A stretch of 64,000 bases of DNA from contig JADIMW010000015.1 of assembly GCA_017694415.1 (NCBI GenBank), positions 3,638-67,637 of the forward strand, given 5' to 3'. Under the pieces are notes generated by a model. The model was not told the DNA's origin, did no database searches, and worked only from the letters and a program-made list of their open reading frames with translations. Of this stretch, positions 1 to 9,777 are shown one piece after another. Source of the stretch: Candidatus Caccoplasma merdipullorum (GTDB taxonomy: Bacteria > Bacteroidota > Bacteroidia > Bacteroidales > G3-4614). A program made the position numbers and the translations under genes. Each line of letters opens with the position of its first letter. Position 1 is the first letter of the stretch.

Positions 1-2427
1 TACGAAGTCCGTTATTGCGCGGCCGGCACGGGTAGGTTCGTAGTCGCAATATTGCTTGTCCACTTCCTTTATAAGTGTGTTGAGCAGCGATATAATCCAC
101 CTGTCAATTTCCGGGCGTTCATTAACCGGTATCTCTTCGCTGAGGGGATTGAATCCGTCCACGTTGGCATAAAGGGCGAAAAACGAATATGTGTTGTAAA
201 GTGTCCCGAAGAACTTGCGCCTTACCTCTTCAACGCCGTCTTCGTCGAATTTCAGGTTGTCCCAAGGCGACGAGTTGGTTATCATGTACCAGCGCAGAGG
301 GTCGGAACCGTATTTCTCTATTGCTCCGAACGGGTTTACGGCATTGCCGAGACGTTTTGACATCTTGTTGCCGTTTTTGTCGAGGACGAGTCCGTTCGAT
401 ACTACGGCTTTGTATGCTATGCTGTCGAAAACCATTGTGGCTATTGCGTGCAGCGTGAAGAACCAGCCGCGTGTCTGATCGACACCCTCCGCTATGAAAT
501 CTGCCGGGAATATCTGTTTGGCATCGAACTGTTCCTTGTTCTCGAAAGGATAATGAATCTGTGCGTAAGGCATTGCACCGGAGTCGAACCAAACGTCGAT
601 AAGGTCGCTTTCGCGTTTCATCGGTTTGCCGCTGTCCGATACGAGTATTATGTCATCTACATACGGACGGTGCAAATCTATCTTGTCGTAGTTCTCCTTA
701 TCATATTCCCCCGGTACGAATCCCGCTTTTTTATACGGATTTTCCGTCATGAATCCGGCAGCCACCGATTTCTCTATTTCGCCGTACAGTTCTTCAACCG
801 AACCGATACATTTTTCTTCGCCCTCTTCGCTTCTCCATATTGGCAGCGGAGTACCCCAGAAGCGGCTGCGCGAAAGATTCCAGTCGTTGAGGTTTTCCAG
901 CCATTTGCCGAAGCGACCGCTTCCTGTCGATTCCGGTTTCCAGTTTATCGTGCGGTTCAGTTCGCTCATTCTCTCCTTGCTGGCGGTAGAACGGATAAAC
1001 CAACTGTCGAGCGGATAATAAAGTACAGGTTTATCTGTTCTCCAGCAGTGAGGATAGTTGTGTACGTGTTTCTCTATTTTGAAAGCCTTATCGGAGGTTT
1101 TCATCATCATACACAGCGATATGTCGAGCGTTTCGTCCTTATCGGTAAGAGTGGGGGAGTAGGCGTTTTTTACGAAACGTCCTTCGTACTCTTTGTAAAG
1201 TTTCGTATTTATGTTGTTCTTTACATACTCTTCGTCGAGTTCGTCAAGCAGGTAAAATTTACCTGTCATATCGACCATCGGACGCAATTCGCCTTTTTTG
1301 TTTACCATTTGCAGCGGCGGTACGCCTGCGGCTTTGGCAACTTGCGCGTCGTCTGCACCGAATGTGGGGGCTATATGGACTATACCGGTTCCGTCTTCAG
1401 TCGTTACATAGTCGCCGGGAATTACCCTGAATGCGCCCTCTCCGGGGTTTACCCACGGGATAAGCTGTTCGTATTCCATTCCTACAAGATCTTTGCCCTT
1501 GTATTCCGCCACTATCTGATACGGGATAATCTTGTCTCCCGGTTTATATTCTTCCAACGGAGCATTCTCCCCTTTCGGGTTGAAATGAGCCGCAACAAGT
1601 TGCTTTGCCAGTATTGCGGTAATGGGTTTGCCGCTGTATCCGTTGTATGAACGTACGGCAACATAGTCTATCGAGTTCCCTACACAAAGGGCAGTGTTCG
1701 AAGGGAGTGTCCACGGTGTCGTTGTCCATGCGAGGAAATAGGGAGTACCCCATTCGCACATCTCCTTTTTCGGGTTCTTTATCTTGAACTGTGCGACAAC
1801 TGTCGTGTCTTTGACATCTCGATAACATCCGGGCTGGTTGAGTTCATGCGAGCTCAAACCCGTCCCTGCGGCAGGAGAGTAGGGTTGTATGGTATAGCCT
1901 TTGTAAAGCAAACCTTTTCCGTAAAGTTGTTTCAACAGCCACCAAAGAGTTTCGATATAACGGTTGTCGTATGTAATGTACGGGTCTTTCATGTCCACCC
2001 AGTATCCCATTTTGTGGGTAAGGTCTTCCCATTCTTTGGTATATTTCATTACCTCGGTGCGACACTCCGAGTTGTATTTTGCAACAGATATGGTTTTGCC
2101 TATATCCTCTTTGGTTATTCCGAGTTTCTTTTCAACACCCAGTTCAACAGGCAATCCGTGAGTATCCCATCCGGCCTTGCGCTTTACCTGAAAACCTTTC
2201 ATGGTTTTGTAACGGCAGAATATATCCTTTATGGTTCTGGCCATTACGTGGTGGATACCGGGCATTCCGTTTGCCGAAGGAGGCCCTTCGTAAAATACGA
2301 ACGACGGGGCGCCTTCGCGTTCTTCATAACTTTTGCGGAACACGTCTTCGCGGTCCCACTTGTTCAGCACCTCTTTGTTTATTTCCGATAAATCGAACTT
2401 GTTATATTCGGCGAACTTTTTCTGCAT
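1..2427 (-). CDS. ileS: isoleucine--tRNA ligase, N-terminal ~809 codons (gene continues past the left edge, so it is absent from the ORF track)
   Basis: Own minus-strand translation from ATG at 2427: MQKKFAEYNKFDLSEINKEVLNKWDREDVFRKSYEEREGAPSFVFYEGPPSANGMPGIHHVMARTIKD... The frame stays open to position 1. It has a HIGH-type motif (PGIHHV) and a KMSKS motif (NKMSKRLGN). The + strand ORFs listed here are antisense artefacts. Confidence 0.95.
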   Translation of the reverse strand, partial: MQKKFAEYNKFDLSEINKEVLNKWDREDVFRKSYEEREGAPSFVFYEGPPSANGMPGIHHVMARTIKDIFCRYKTMKGFQVKRKAGWDTHGLPVELGVEKKLGITKEDIGKTISVAKYNSECRTEVMKYTKEWEDLTHKMGYWVDMKDPYITYDNRYIETLWWLLKQLYGKGLLYKGYTIQPYSPAAGTGLSSHELNQPGCYRDVKDTTVVAQFKIKNPKKEMCEWGTPYFLAWTTTPWTLPSNTALCVGNSIDYVAVRSYNGYSGKPITAILAKQLVAAHFNPKGENAPLEEYKPGDKIIPYQIVAEYKGKDLVGMEYEQLIPWVNPGEGAFRVIPGDYVTTEDGTGIVHIAPTFGADDAQVAKAAGVPPLQMVNKKGELRPMVDMTGKFYLLDELDEEYVKNNINTKLYKEYEGRFVKNAYSPTLTDKDETLDISLCMMMKTSDKAFKIEKHVHNYPHCWRTDKPVLYYPLDSWFIRSTASKERMSELNRTINWKPESTGSGRFGKWLENLNDWNLSRSRFWGTPLPIWRSEEGEEKCIGSVEELYGEIEKSVAAGFMTENPYKKAGFVPGEYDKENYDKIDLHRPYVDDIILVSDSGKPMKRESDLIDVWFDSGAMPYAQIHYPFENKEQFDAKQIFPADFIAEGVDQTRGWFFTLHAIATMVFDSIAYKAVVSNGLVLDKNGNKMSKRLGNAVNPFGAIEKYGSDPLRWYMITNSSPWDNLKFDEDGVEEVRRKFFGTLYNTYSFFALYANVDGFNPLSEEIPVNERPEIDRWIISLLNTLIKEVDKQYCDYEPTRAGRAITDFV

Positions 2428-2451
2428 AGTAGTGTTTCTAAAAATCGTGCG

Positions 2452-2459
2452 CGAAGTTA
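2452..2459 (-). promoter_or_regulatory. putative -7 promoter box for ileS (TAACTTCG, near Bacteroidota TAnnTTTG consensus)
   Basis: Minus strand reads TAACTTCG about 25 nt upstream of the ileS ATG. The same TTCG variant recurs before radA, ssrA, aguA and tilS in this window. Confidence 0.35.
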
Positions 2460-2728
2460 CCTAAAATCGTGCTTAATTGCAAATATTATGTGCGGTTTGG
2501 ACAATAGGGGCGCATCTCTTTTTTCCATTACGGCGTGCATGATGTCGTTTTGCTCGTTTCGACCAGAAATCATATAAGTTATAACATGCGTCGGAGGTAA
2601 GACTGTTTATGTGTTTTGGCATGTAAGCGACACACCCGACAACCTAATTACAAATTTTTTATAAACAACGGAACGCTCCTGCATGTAATATTGCAATGTG
2701 TCAATTCTGTTTTCATATACCCGTATAT

Positions 2729-2773
2729 TGCATGGAGCTGTGCCAAACATCCGTTTTGGCACAGCTCCATGCA
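2729..2773. repeat. perfect 19-bp inverted repeat (hairpin), 7-nt loop
   Basis: TGCATGGAGCTGTGCCAAA (2729-2747), loop CATCCGT, TTTGGCACAGCTCCATGCA (2755-2773). No flanking T-run on either strand. Confidence 0.9.
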
Positions 2774-3336
2774 TGTCGTATTCGAGCAGGATGCCCCTCT
2801 CTGTTCAGCTACCGCTTTTCGAATCCCGACTTTAAATGCTTTTAAGCATCTGTATTTCATTTTTCATAGTTGTAGTATTTCTGCTTTTGCGTTTTATCTC
2901 TTGCAGGTTCACGTATTTGTAACACGTTCCGTTTGCGCGGAATAAAAGACCTGTTTCTTGTTTTTAAAGTAACGTCCGCTTCTGCTTGACAAGTAACATT
3001 TAAGTCAGCTTTAACACTTGCATAAATATTCCCTACAATAAAGAAAGCGTGGCGTTTGAAGCTATTTTACTGTAACAGGCCTTAGGAAACCTCAGAGCAT
3101 AAAATAAGCGACAATCACCACGCCTATATCCATTGTCCTTAAGGATACGACGGTGTAAATAGTTCCGTTATTCCCTACTCTTAATCGAATTTCCTAAGTT
3201 CGTTACAAGAGAATAAACTTACACATTCAGTGTTTTGTTTAATGCGTTTTCTGTAAAAGCAGTTCAGTTTCAGGTGTTTGCGAATATGTATCGTCGTCTT
3301 GTCCCAACTGCTTGCTTTTGCGGTATTTCGCTGTTG

Positions 3337-3367
3337 CAAAGATACTGAAAAAACAATTTTAAACAAA
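3337..3367 (-). promoter_or_regulatory. orphan full-consensus Bacteroidota promoter (-33 TTTG, 20-nt spacer, -7 TATCTTTG) pointing leftwards into the ORF-poor gap
   Basis: Minus strand has TTTG at 3367-3364 and TATCTTTG at 3344-3337. No credible CDS lies downstream before ileS. Confidence 0.4.
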
Positions 3368-3534
3368 TACCATTTACATTGTGGGGTTGTCGCCTATTTG
3401 TTTTATTTTGCAAATATTGTCAGATATTGATTGCAAGATTACAAAAAAAAAGAGAAAAACAAACATTTTGCAGATAAAAAATTAAGGCTTCTTGTATATT
3501 GTTTTTAGCAAACAGGCTTTTGAGTTTTAGTTTT

Positions 3535-3577
3535 AAAATAAAAACAAGCGATTATCTTATGGATGATAATCGCTTGT
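3535..3577 (-). terminator. intrinsic terminator of cstA
   Basis: 13-bp stem ACAAGCGATTATC (3544-3556) / GATAATCGCTTGT (3565-3577), followed on the minus strand by TTTTATTTT (3543-3535). Confidence 0.7.
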
Positions 3578-3620
3578 CGCAGTTGTCCATTTTTGTATCG
3601 ATATGTAAAAGATAATGTGT

Positions 3621-5087
3621 TTAAATATCTTCTGTAATCCGATTGCTTTTGTTTACGAGACATTTTATTGCGTATCCTCCGGCAAGCAGACTTATTGCCG
3701 CGCTTGTTATTACTGCCGAATTGTACGGCATGCCGGCTCCCACGTTCGAGAAGAGAATAAACAGCAAAACAATAAACGTCATGAATATTGCAGGGATAAT
3801 AGTAATCAACCAGTAATACCCTTTCTTCCTGCCTAAAAACATGGTGAGAGTCCACAGGGTTATTACGGCCAATACCTGATTGCTCCATGCAAAATAACGC
3901 CAGATTATTTCAAACCCGTCCTTGTCGTTTATGCTGTAAAGCAATATGGGGATTGCCACAACAAACATCGGTATTGAAATAACAAGTCTCTTCTTTATCT
4001 CCTTTTGCGGCATGTTAAGGAAGTCTGCGATTATGAGGCGGGCCGAGCGGAAAGCAGTGTCCCCCGTAGTTATGGGTGCCGCAATAACTCCGAGAACGGC
4101 AAGAAAACCACCGACCACGCCGAGCCATCCGTATGATATTTTGTTTACTATTATAGAGGCGTCGCCGTTTATGTTAGGGTCGGTAACATTGAAGAATGCC
4201 TGACCTTCCGGTGAAAAGAAGTACGAAGCGGCAGCAGCCCAGATAAGGGCTACTATACCTTCGGTAATCATCGCGCCGTAAAATATTTTGCGCCCCTGCA
4301 TTTCGTTTGTCATGCATCTTGCCATAAGCGGCGATTGAGTGGCATGGAATCCCGATATGGCACCGCAGGCAATACTTACGAACATCATCGGGAATATGGG
4401 ATTCTTCTCGGGGTTGGGATAACAGTTCTTCAAACCGTCGGTTATTTCTGGAATATCCGGGTTGTGCACGATAAGCATTACCAAAATCCCTATGGCCATA
4501 AACAGAAGGGCGAATCCGAATATGGGGTAAATGCGCCCTATTATCTTGTCGATGGGGAAAAGTGTCGCTATCAGATAATACCCGAGTATCACGTAAAGCC
4601 AGAAAGTCCCGTCCAGATATTCAGGCGTCAGAAAGGCCAGCAGTTCGGCAGGCCCCGAGACGAAAACCACCCCCACAAGTATAAGCAGCAGAACGGTAAA
4701 AATGCGGGTTGCCGTTTGAGCCTTGTTGCCCAGATAACGGCCTACGGTAGAAGGGAGGCTCTCCCCGTTGTTGCGCAGCGAAAGCATACCCGAGAGATAA
4801 TCGTGCATTGCGCCGCCGAAGATACACCCGAACACAATCCACAAGAAAGAAGCAGGGCCGAACTTCGCCCCCATTATCGCGCCGAAAATAGGTCCGAGCC
4901 CGGCAATGTTCAGAAACTGAATCATAAATATTTTCCATCCCGGCAAAGCAATATAATCCACGCCGTCGGGGTGTTCCACGGCCGGAGTTTTCCTGTCGGC
5001 AGATGCGCCGAACACTTTCTCCACAAACTTTCCGTAAACAAAGTATCCGGCAACAAGCAGAACAAGTGAAATGTAAAAAGAGACCAT
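3621..5087 (-). CDS. cstA: carbon starvation protein A family transporter
   Basis: Polytopic membrane protein. The N-terminal block KTPAVEHPDGVDYIALPGWKIFMIQFLNIAGLGPIFGAIMG matches the CstA signature region. Start placed at MVSFYISL (5087); the ORF extends to 5150. Confidence 0.88.
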   Translation of the reverse strand: MVSFYISLVLLVAGYFVYGKFVEKVFGASADRKTPAVEHPDGVDYIALPGWKIFMIQFLNIAGLGPIFGAIMGAKFGPASFLWIVFGCIFGGAMHDYLSGMLSLRNNGESLPSTVGRYLGNKAQTATRIFTVLLLILVGVVFVSGPAELLAFLTPEYLDGTFWLYVILGYYLIATLFPIDKIIGRIYPIFGFALLFMAIGILVMLIVHNPDIPEITDGLKNCYPNPEKNPIFPMMFVSIACGAISGFHATQSPLMARCMTNEMQGRKIFYGAMITEGIVALIWAAAASYFFSPEGQAFFNVTDPNINGDASIIVNKISYGWLGVVGGFLAVLGVIAAPITTGDTAFRSARLIIADFLNMPQKEIKKRLVISIPMFVVAIPILLYSINDKDGFEIIWRYFAWSNQVLAVITLWTLTMFLGRKKGYYWLITIIPAIFMTFIVLLFILFSNVGAGMPYNSAVITSAAISLLAGGYAIKCLVNKSNRITEDI

Positions 5088-5276
5088 TTGTTTTGTGTTT
5101 TTTATTTCCAGCCGCGAAATTACTAATAAATGCAATAGACTATACCGCAAGCAGGTAGGAAATTTTTATATGGATTTACAGAACCACAGTTTATCGGAAA
5201 ACAGATATGGCGGAGCAAATGCAGTAAAAAGCATCCCTTACAGACGTAAATGCACAAGATATTCCCCGGCAGTTGC

Positions 5277-6827
5277 TTAAAGCGATGCCGCAAGCGATTC
5301 GGCGCAACGCTCCCCGTCTATTGCCGCCGATACTATCCCCCCGGCATAACCCGCGCCCTCTCCGCACGGGAACAACCCTTTCAGCCTTACATGATTCAGA
5401 CTCTCCGCATCGCGGACAATGCGTACCGGCGATGAAGTTCTCGTCTCAACACCTATCACAATCGCTTCGTTCGTCAAGAACCCGTGTGCCGATTTGCCAA
5501 ATACCGAGAATCCAATGCGCAGGCGCTCTGCTATATTTTTCGGCATCCAGAAATGCAGTGGGCTCGATATTATCCCCGGCGTGTAAGATGTTTGCGGTAA
5601 CGACGATGACAGGCGGGCGTTTACGAAATCGGCCATTCTCTGAGCCGGAGCCGTCTGCCCGCGTCCGTTGGCATAACACATCGACTCGAGTTCTTCCTGA
5701 AAAGCAACGCCGCGCAATATGCCGTGTGTGGCAAAATCATCAAGATCTTCAGGCCGTATTTCCGTAACCATACCCGAATTACCCCAGCGCGAGCCTCTGT
5801 TTGAAGGAGACATGCCGTTTACTACAATCTGTTGCGGCGAACTTGCAGCGGGAACGACAAACCCGCCGGGGCACATGCAGAACGAATAAACCCCGCGTCC
5901 CTTTACCTGCGTTACGAACGAATATTCGGCAGCCGGTAAAAACTCCCCGCGTCCGTTGCGGCTGTGATACTGGATGCAGTCGAGAAGATGCTGCGGGTGT
6001 TCGAGCCGAACGCCTACGGCAAACCCCTTTTGCTCCATTTCAATTCTGTTGTCCGACAGATAACGGTAAACATCGCGGGCGGAGTGTCCCGTGGCAAGGA
6101 TTACCTTACCGGCATATTCGCTGCCGTCGGAGCAGACGGCACCCGTTACTTCGTTTCCTTTTACAATGAGGCGTGTCATCTTTTTGCCGAACAATACTTC
6201 GCCTCCCGATGCAATTATCTGTTTGCGGATATTCTCTATGATTTTTGGCAATTTGTCGGTACCGATGTGCGGGTGTGCATCCGACAGTATTGCTTCGGAC
6301 GCCCCGAACTGACAGAGTATTTCCAGTATCCGTTGTACCGACCCCCGTTTTTTGCTGCGTGTGTAGAGCTTGCCGTCGGAGAAAGCCCCTGCGCCGCCTT
6401 CGCCGAACGAATAGTTCGATTCCGGATTTACAACATGCTCGCGGCTTATTTTCGCTATGTCAATACGTCGGGAATGAACATCCTTACCCCGTTCGAGCAG
6501 TATCGGCCTGACACCCGATTCTATCAGGCGGAGAGCCGCAAAAAGCCCCGCAGGGCCTGCACCTACCACTATGCATTGTGGCTTGCCCGACACGTCGCCG
6601 TATTCCCGAACCGGATAAGACGCATCTTGAGGAATCTCATTTATATATATCCGTACTCTGAGATTTACGAATATGTCGCGCTTCCGCGCATCTATCGAGC
6701 GTTTCAGAACCCTTACGGCGCAGATGTCGCCGTAATTTACCGCCAGCAGAGCCGATACATGCCTTTTTATGTTATCTTCCCTCGCCGCAGTTTCCGGTAT
6801 TACTCGAATGTCGCACTCTTTAATCAT
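5277..6827 (-). CDS. FAD-dependent oxidoreductase (COG2509-type NAD(FAD)-utilizing dehydrogenase)
   Basis: 516 aa with dinucleotide-binding motif VVGAGPAGLFAALRL and blocks FGEGGAGAFSDGKL and CMCPGG typical of this family. Confidence 0.8.
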   Translation of the reverse strand: MIKECDIRVIPETAAREDNIKRHVSALLAVNYGDICAVRVLKRSIDARKRDIFVNLRVRIYINEIPQDASYPVREYGDVSGKPQCIVVGAGPAGLFAALRLIESGVRPILLERGKDVHSRRIDIAKISREHVVNPESNYSFGEGGAGAFSDGKLYTRSKKRGSVQRILEILCQFGASEAILSDAHPHIGTDKLPKIIENIRKQIIASGGEVLFGKKMTRLIVKGNEVTGAVCSDGSEYAGKVILATGHSARDVYRYLSDNRIEMEQKGFAVGVRLEHPQHLLDCIQYHSRNGRGEFLPAAEYSFVTQVKGRGVYSFCMCPGGFVVPAASSPQQIVVNGMSPSNRGSRWGNSGMVTEIRPEDLDDFATHGILRGVAFQEELESMCYANGRGQTAPAQRMADFVNARLSSSLPQTSYTPGIISSPLHFWMPKNIAERLRIGFSVFGKSAHGFLTNEAIVIGVETRTSSPVRIVRDAESLNHVRLKGLFPCGEGAGYAGGIVSAAIDGERCAESLAASL

Positions 6828-6844
6828 GTTCCTTTAATACGGGG

Positions 6845-8212
6845 TTATCCGAAAATTTGTCTGAAAGCCTCCTCGACCCGTCTTACCGGAACGACTTCTA
6901 TCGCGAATTTGCGTAACTCTTCGCCTTTTATGTTGTTGGCCGGAATAATCATCCTTCTAAAACCGAGTTTGCTCGCTTCCGATATGCGTTGTTCGATGCG
7001 GTTTACGGGTCGTATCTCGCCCGAAAGACCCACTTCTCCCGTCATGCAGATACCTGTTTCTATGGCTATGTCGGTATTCGAGGAGAGTATTGCGCTTATC
7101 ACGGCAAGATCCATGGCCGGGTCGTTCGCCTTTATCCCGCCGGCAATATTCAAAAATACGTCTTTCTGTGCAAGTTTGAATCCCACCCGTTTTTCGAGTA
7201 CGGCAAGGAGCATGTTCATACGCCGCGAGTCGAAACCCGTGGCCGACCGCTGCGGCGTTCCGTAAACCGCGCTGCTTACAAGCGACTGCGTCTCGATGAG
7301 GAACGCCCTCATTCCCTCAATTGCAACAGCTACAGCAACACCGCTCATCCCCTCGTGCGACTGCGACAATAACAACTCCGACGGATTTTCCACTTCCCGC
7401 AATCCGTTTTGGCGCATTTCGTAAATACCCAGTTCCGATGTACTCCCGAAGCGGTTCTTTATCGAACGCAGAACCCTGTACATGTAATGTCGGTCTCCTT
7501 CGAACTGAAGGACGGTATCGACAATATGCTCCAATACCTTAGGGCCGGCTATGCTCCCCTCTTTGTTTATATGGCCTATAAGCATTACGGGAATATCATT
7601 CTCTTTGGCAACCCTCAAAATGGCTGCAGCACATTCGCGAACCTGCGACACGCTGCCTGCCGACGATTCGAGCATGTCGCTCGATATTGTCTGTATCGAG
7701 TCGATAATAACCAGTTGTGGAGATATGTTTTTTATATGGGTACATACGCTTTCGAGCGATGTGTCGCATACTATGTAGCAGTCGCCGTTTTCAATGCCGA
7801 GCCTCGACGCGCGCATCTTCAACTGGCTCATGCTCTCTTCGCCCGATACGTACAGAATCCTTACTCCGTCAAGCCTGAGGGCGGTTTGAAGCAGCAGCGT
7901 CGATTTTCCTATGCCGGGTTCTCCGCCGATAAGCACCATCGACCCTTTTACCAGTCCGCCACCAAGAACCCTGTTCAGTTCGTTATCTTTAAGGTCTATG
8001 CGAATCTCGCGCCCTTCTTCAATCTCATTTATGCGGAGAGGCTTCTGTTTAGCCCCCGACGATAGCGAACCCCCATGCGGCTGTTGTTGTTTGGTCGCCA
8101 CTATCTCTTCAACATAACTGTTCCATTCTCCGCAAACGGGACATTTGCCGAGCCATTTGGGCGAATCGGCTCCGCAGGAAGAACAGACATATACCGTTTT
8201 GCTTTTTGCCAT
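6845..8212 (-). CDS. radA: DNA repair protein RadA/Sms
   Basis: N-terminal zinc ribbon (YVCSSCG...CPVCGEW), Walker A GGEPGIGKST, KNRFG motif and a Lon-like C-terminal domain. Start at MAKSKTVYVC (8212). Confidence 0.95.
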   Translation of the reverse strand: MAKSKTVYVCSSCGADSPKWLGKCPVCGEWNSYVEEIVATKQQQPHGGSLSSGAKQKPLRINEIEEGREIRIDLKDNELNRVLGGGLVKGSMVLIGGEPGIGKSTLLLQTALRLDGVRILYVSGEESMSQLKMRASRLGIENGDCYIVCDTSLESVCTHIKNISPQLVIIDSIQTISSDMLESSAGSVSQVRECAAAILRVAKENDIPVMLIGHINKEGSIAGPKVLEHIVDTVLQFEGDRHYMYRVLRSIKNRFGSTSELGIYEMRQNGLREVENPSELLLSQSHEGMSGVAVAVAIEGMRAFLIETQSLVSSAVYGTPQRSATGFDSRRMNMLLAVLEKRVGFKLAQKDVFLNIAGGIKANDPAMDLAVISAILSSNTDIAIETGICMTGEVGLSGEIRPVNRIEQRISEASKLGFRRMIIPANNIKGEELRKFAIEVVPVRRVEEAFRQIFG

Positions 8213-8276
8213 GAAAGGAAATCTTTTTGTCCGGTAAGAAACCGAAGAACCGTTTTCCAATTTTTATTTCTCCCTG

Positions 8277-8284
8277 CGAAGTTA
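8277..8284 (-). promoter_or_regulatory. putative -7 box for radA (TAACTTCG)
   Basis: Minus strand reads GCTAACTTCGCAGG about 65 nt upstream of the radA ATG. Confidence 0.3.
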
Positions 8285-8376
8285 GCATATTTGATTAAGA
8301 CGGCAATACCCCGCGGATTCAATTTTTAATACGTGAAAACTAATTATAGCCTGTTCTGCATAACGGCAGTAAACAG

Positions 8377-8407
8377 AAAAAGCGGAAAGAATCAATCTTC
8401 CGCTTTT
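8377..8407. terminator. hairpin terminator downstream of the 8456-8971 gene
   Basis: GCGGAAAGA (8382-8390) / TCTTCCGC (8396-8403) with one bulge, flanked by an A5 run on the left and a T4 run on the right. Confidence 0.55.
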
Positions 8408-8455
8408 CGCATGAAATCATATTATTTGTCCGAAATGATACAGGTGCGCGTAATT

Positions 8456-8971
8456 TCAATAATCGTTGAAATGCTCGCCGCGGCAACTTATAATCATCCG
8501 TTTGCCATGCCCTTTCATTTTGCACGACTTTACATCCATGCTCATACGGTTCTGCTTTTTCCAACTGTTGTATGCCGCGAGTTGTGTGGGCGATAGCGTT
8601 TCGGTAAATTTCTTTTCGCGCTTCATCATTTTTTTTATCTGTTTGTCCTTCATGGCGTGTTTCTCGGCATGGTAGCTCCGCGTGTCCTTTGCCCAGCCCA
8701 GATTCACTTTGTAAAGTCTTTCGGCCTGTTTATTGTCAAGATTCAGAATTTCCTGCATTTTCATCGTTTTCATGCTCGCCCAATCCCTCGCCGACATGGC
8801 TTTCCCGCTTTGCGTTACCAGTACCTTATATACCGGAACGACACCAATTCCCTCGACAACGGCGGTTTCCTGCATACCGCTCGCGTGATGATGTTTCATG
8901 CCATGGTGCTGAGCCATAACAGTACCGAATCCGATAACAAAAATCGACAATAACAATCTTCTCTTTTTCAT
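8456..8971 (-). CDS. small secreted protein, His-rich N-terminus, possibly Spy/CpxP/DUF4890-like (LTxxQ-like motifs)
   Basis: Signal peptide MKKRRLLLSIFVIGFGTVMAQ, then HHGMKHHHASGM. Lys-rich helical body with LNLDNKQAERLY and LSPTQLAAY motifs. Start at 8971 within the longer ORF. Confidence 0.5.
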   Translation of the reverse strand: MKKRRLLLSIFVIGFGTVMAQHHGMKHHHASGMQETAVVEGIGVVPVYKVLVTQSGKAMSARDWASMKTMKMQEILNLDNKQAERLYKVNLGWAKDTRSYHAEKHAMKDKQIKKMMKREKKFTETLSPTQLAAYNSWKKQNRMSMDVKSCKMKGHGKRMIISCRGEHFNDY

Positions 8972-9265
8972 AACAATAGTATTAATATAGTTTGTATGTT
9001 GGCAACAAACAGAGTTTACATGTAAAACTTCGTACATTATAACTACAATTAATTCCTGTTTTTGTTTGGCCGTGCCGCGAATCTTTTACGTTGCGAGTCT
9101 TTGAGGTGCGGTTTTGAATACCGAAATGCGGCATTAAATAATCGGATACAAGCGGCCGATTAGCGCATATATGGTATAAGGGCACTGAAAAATGACATAA
9201 TGTAGGTATTGGGACGCAGTAAAAAGGAGGCTTACTTTGCTGTCGGTAACAAAAAACAAACTGCA

Positions 9266-9766
9266 ATGAAAAAAACAGGAATATTTTACGGTTCAACGAC
9301 CGGAATGACAGAAACCGTGGCAAACACTATAGCAGCAAAGTTGGGAATATCCTCGGGCGATATCCATGATGCAGCCGGTATCAGTGCCGACAAAGTAGCC
9401 CCATACGATTTTTTGATACTCGGAACCTCCACATGGGGTGCGGGCGAATTGCAGGATGATTGGTACAGTGCAATAAAAATATTGAAAGGGTGCGATTTGG
9501 CAGATAAAGAAATAGCCCTTTTCGGATGCGGAGATTCGGAATCGTACAGCGACACGTTTTGCGACGGAATAGGACTGCTGTACGATGAGTTGAAAGAGAG
9601 CGGTGCCCGATTCGTAGGAAATAAGGTCGATATCTCGGATTATCGTTTTACATCGTCATTTGCCGTAGTGGACGGAAAATTTGTAGGATTGCCGATAGAC
9701 GAAATCAACGAGTCGGAAAAAACATCGGAAAGGATAGAAAACTGGCTTAAAGGAATAAATTCATAA
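9266..9766 (+). CDS. fldA: long-chain flavodoxin
   Basis: MKKTGIFYGSTTGMTETVA (FMN phosphate loop), GTSTWGAGELQDDW, LFGCGDSESYSDTFCDG. Start at the internal ATG 9266. Confidence 0.9.
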   Translation: MKKTGIFYGSTTGMTETVANTIAAKLGISSGDIHDAAGISADKVAPYDFLILGTSTWGAGELQDDWYSAIKILKGCDLADKEIALFGCGDSESYSDTFCDGIGLLYDELKESGARFVGNKVDISDYRFTSSFAVVDGKFVGLPIDEINESEKTSERIENWLKGINS

Positions 9767-9777
9767 ACAACTGCCGC

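Noticed and set aside
448-1650. 400-aa + strand ORF (and neighbouring + strand ORFs 1846-2391, 2079-2429)
   Set aside because: It lies entirely antisense to ileS, whose minus-strand translation is unmistakable. Its composition (F/Y/V/R/C-rich, no motifs) is typical of shadow ORFs.
2648-2860. 70-aa Cys-rich minus-strand ORF (C-x4-C-x3-C-x3-C pattern), considered as a small peptide or RiPP-like precursor
   Set aside because: The Cys pattern is produced by the perfect 19-bp palindrome (TGC...GCA arms), and the opposite strand also has an ORF through it. No adjacent modification or export genes are present. I treat it as non-coding, with residual uncertainty.
5964-7265. 433-aa + strand ORF
   Set aside because: It is antisense to the FAD-dependent oxidoreductase and radA genes, has no recognisable motifs and bridges an intergenic gap of the real genes.
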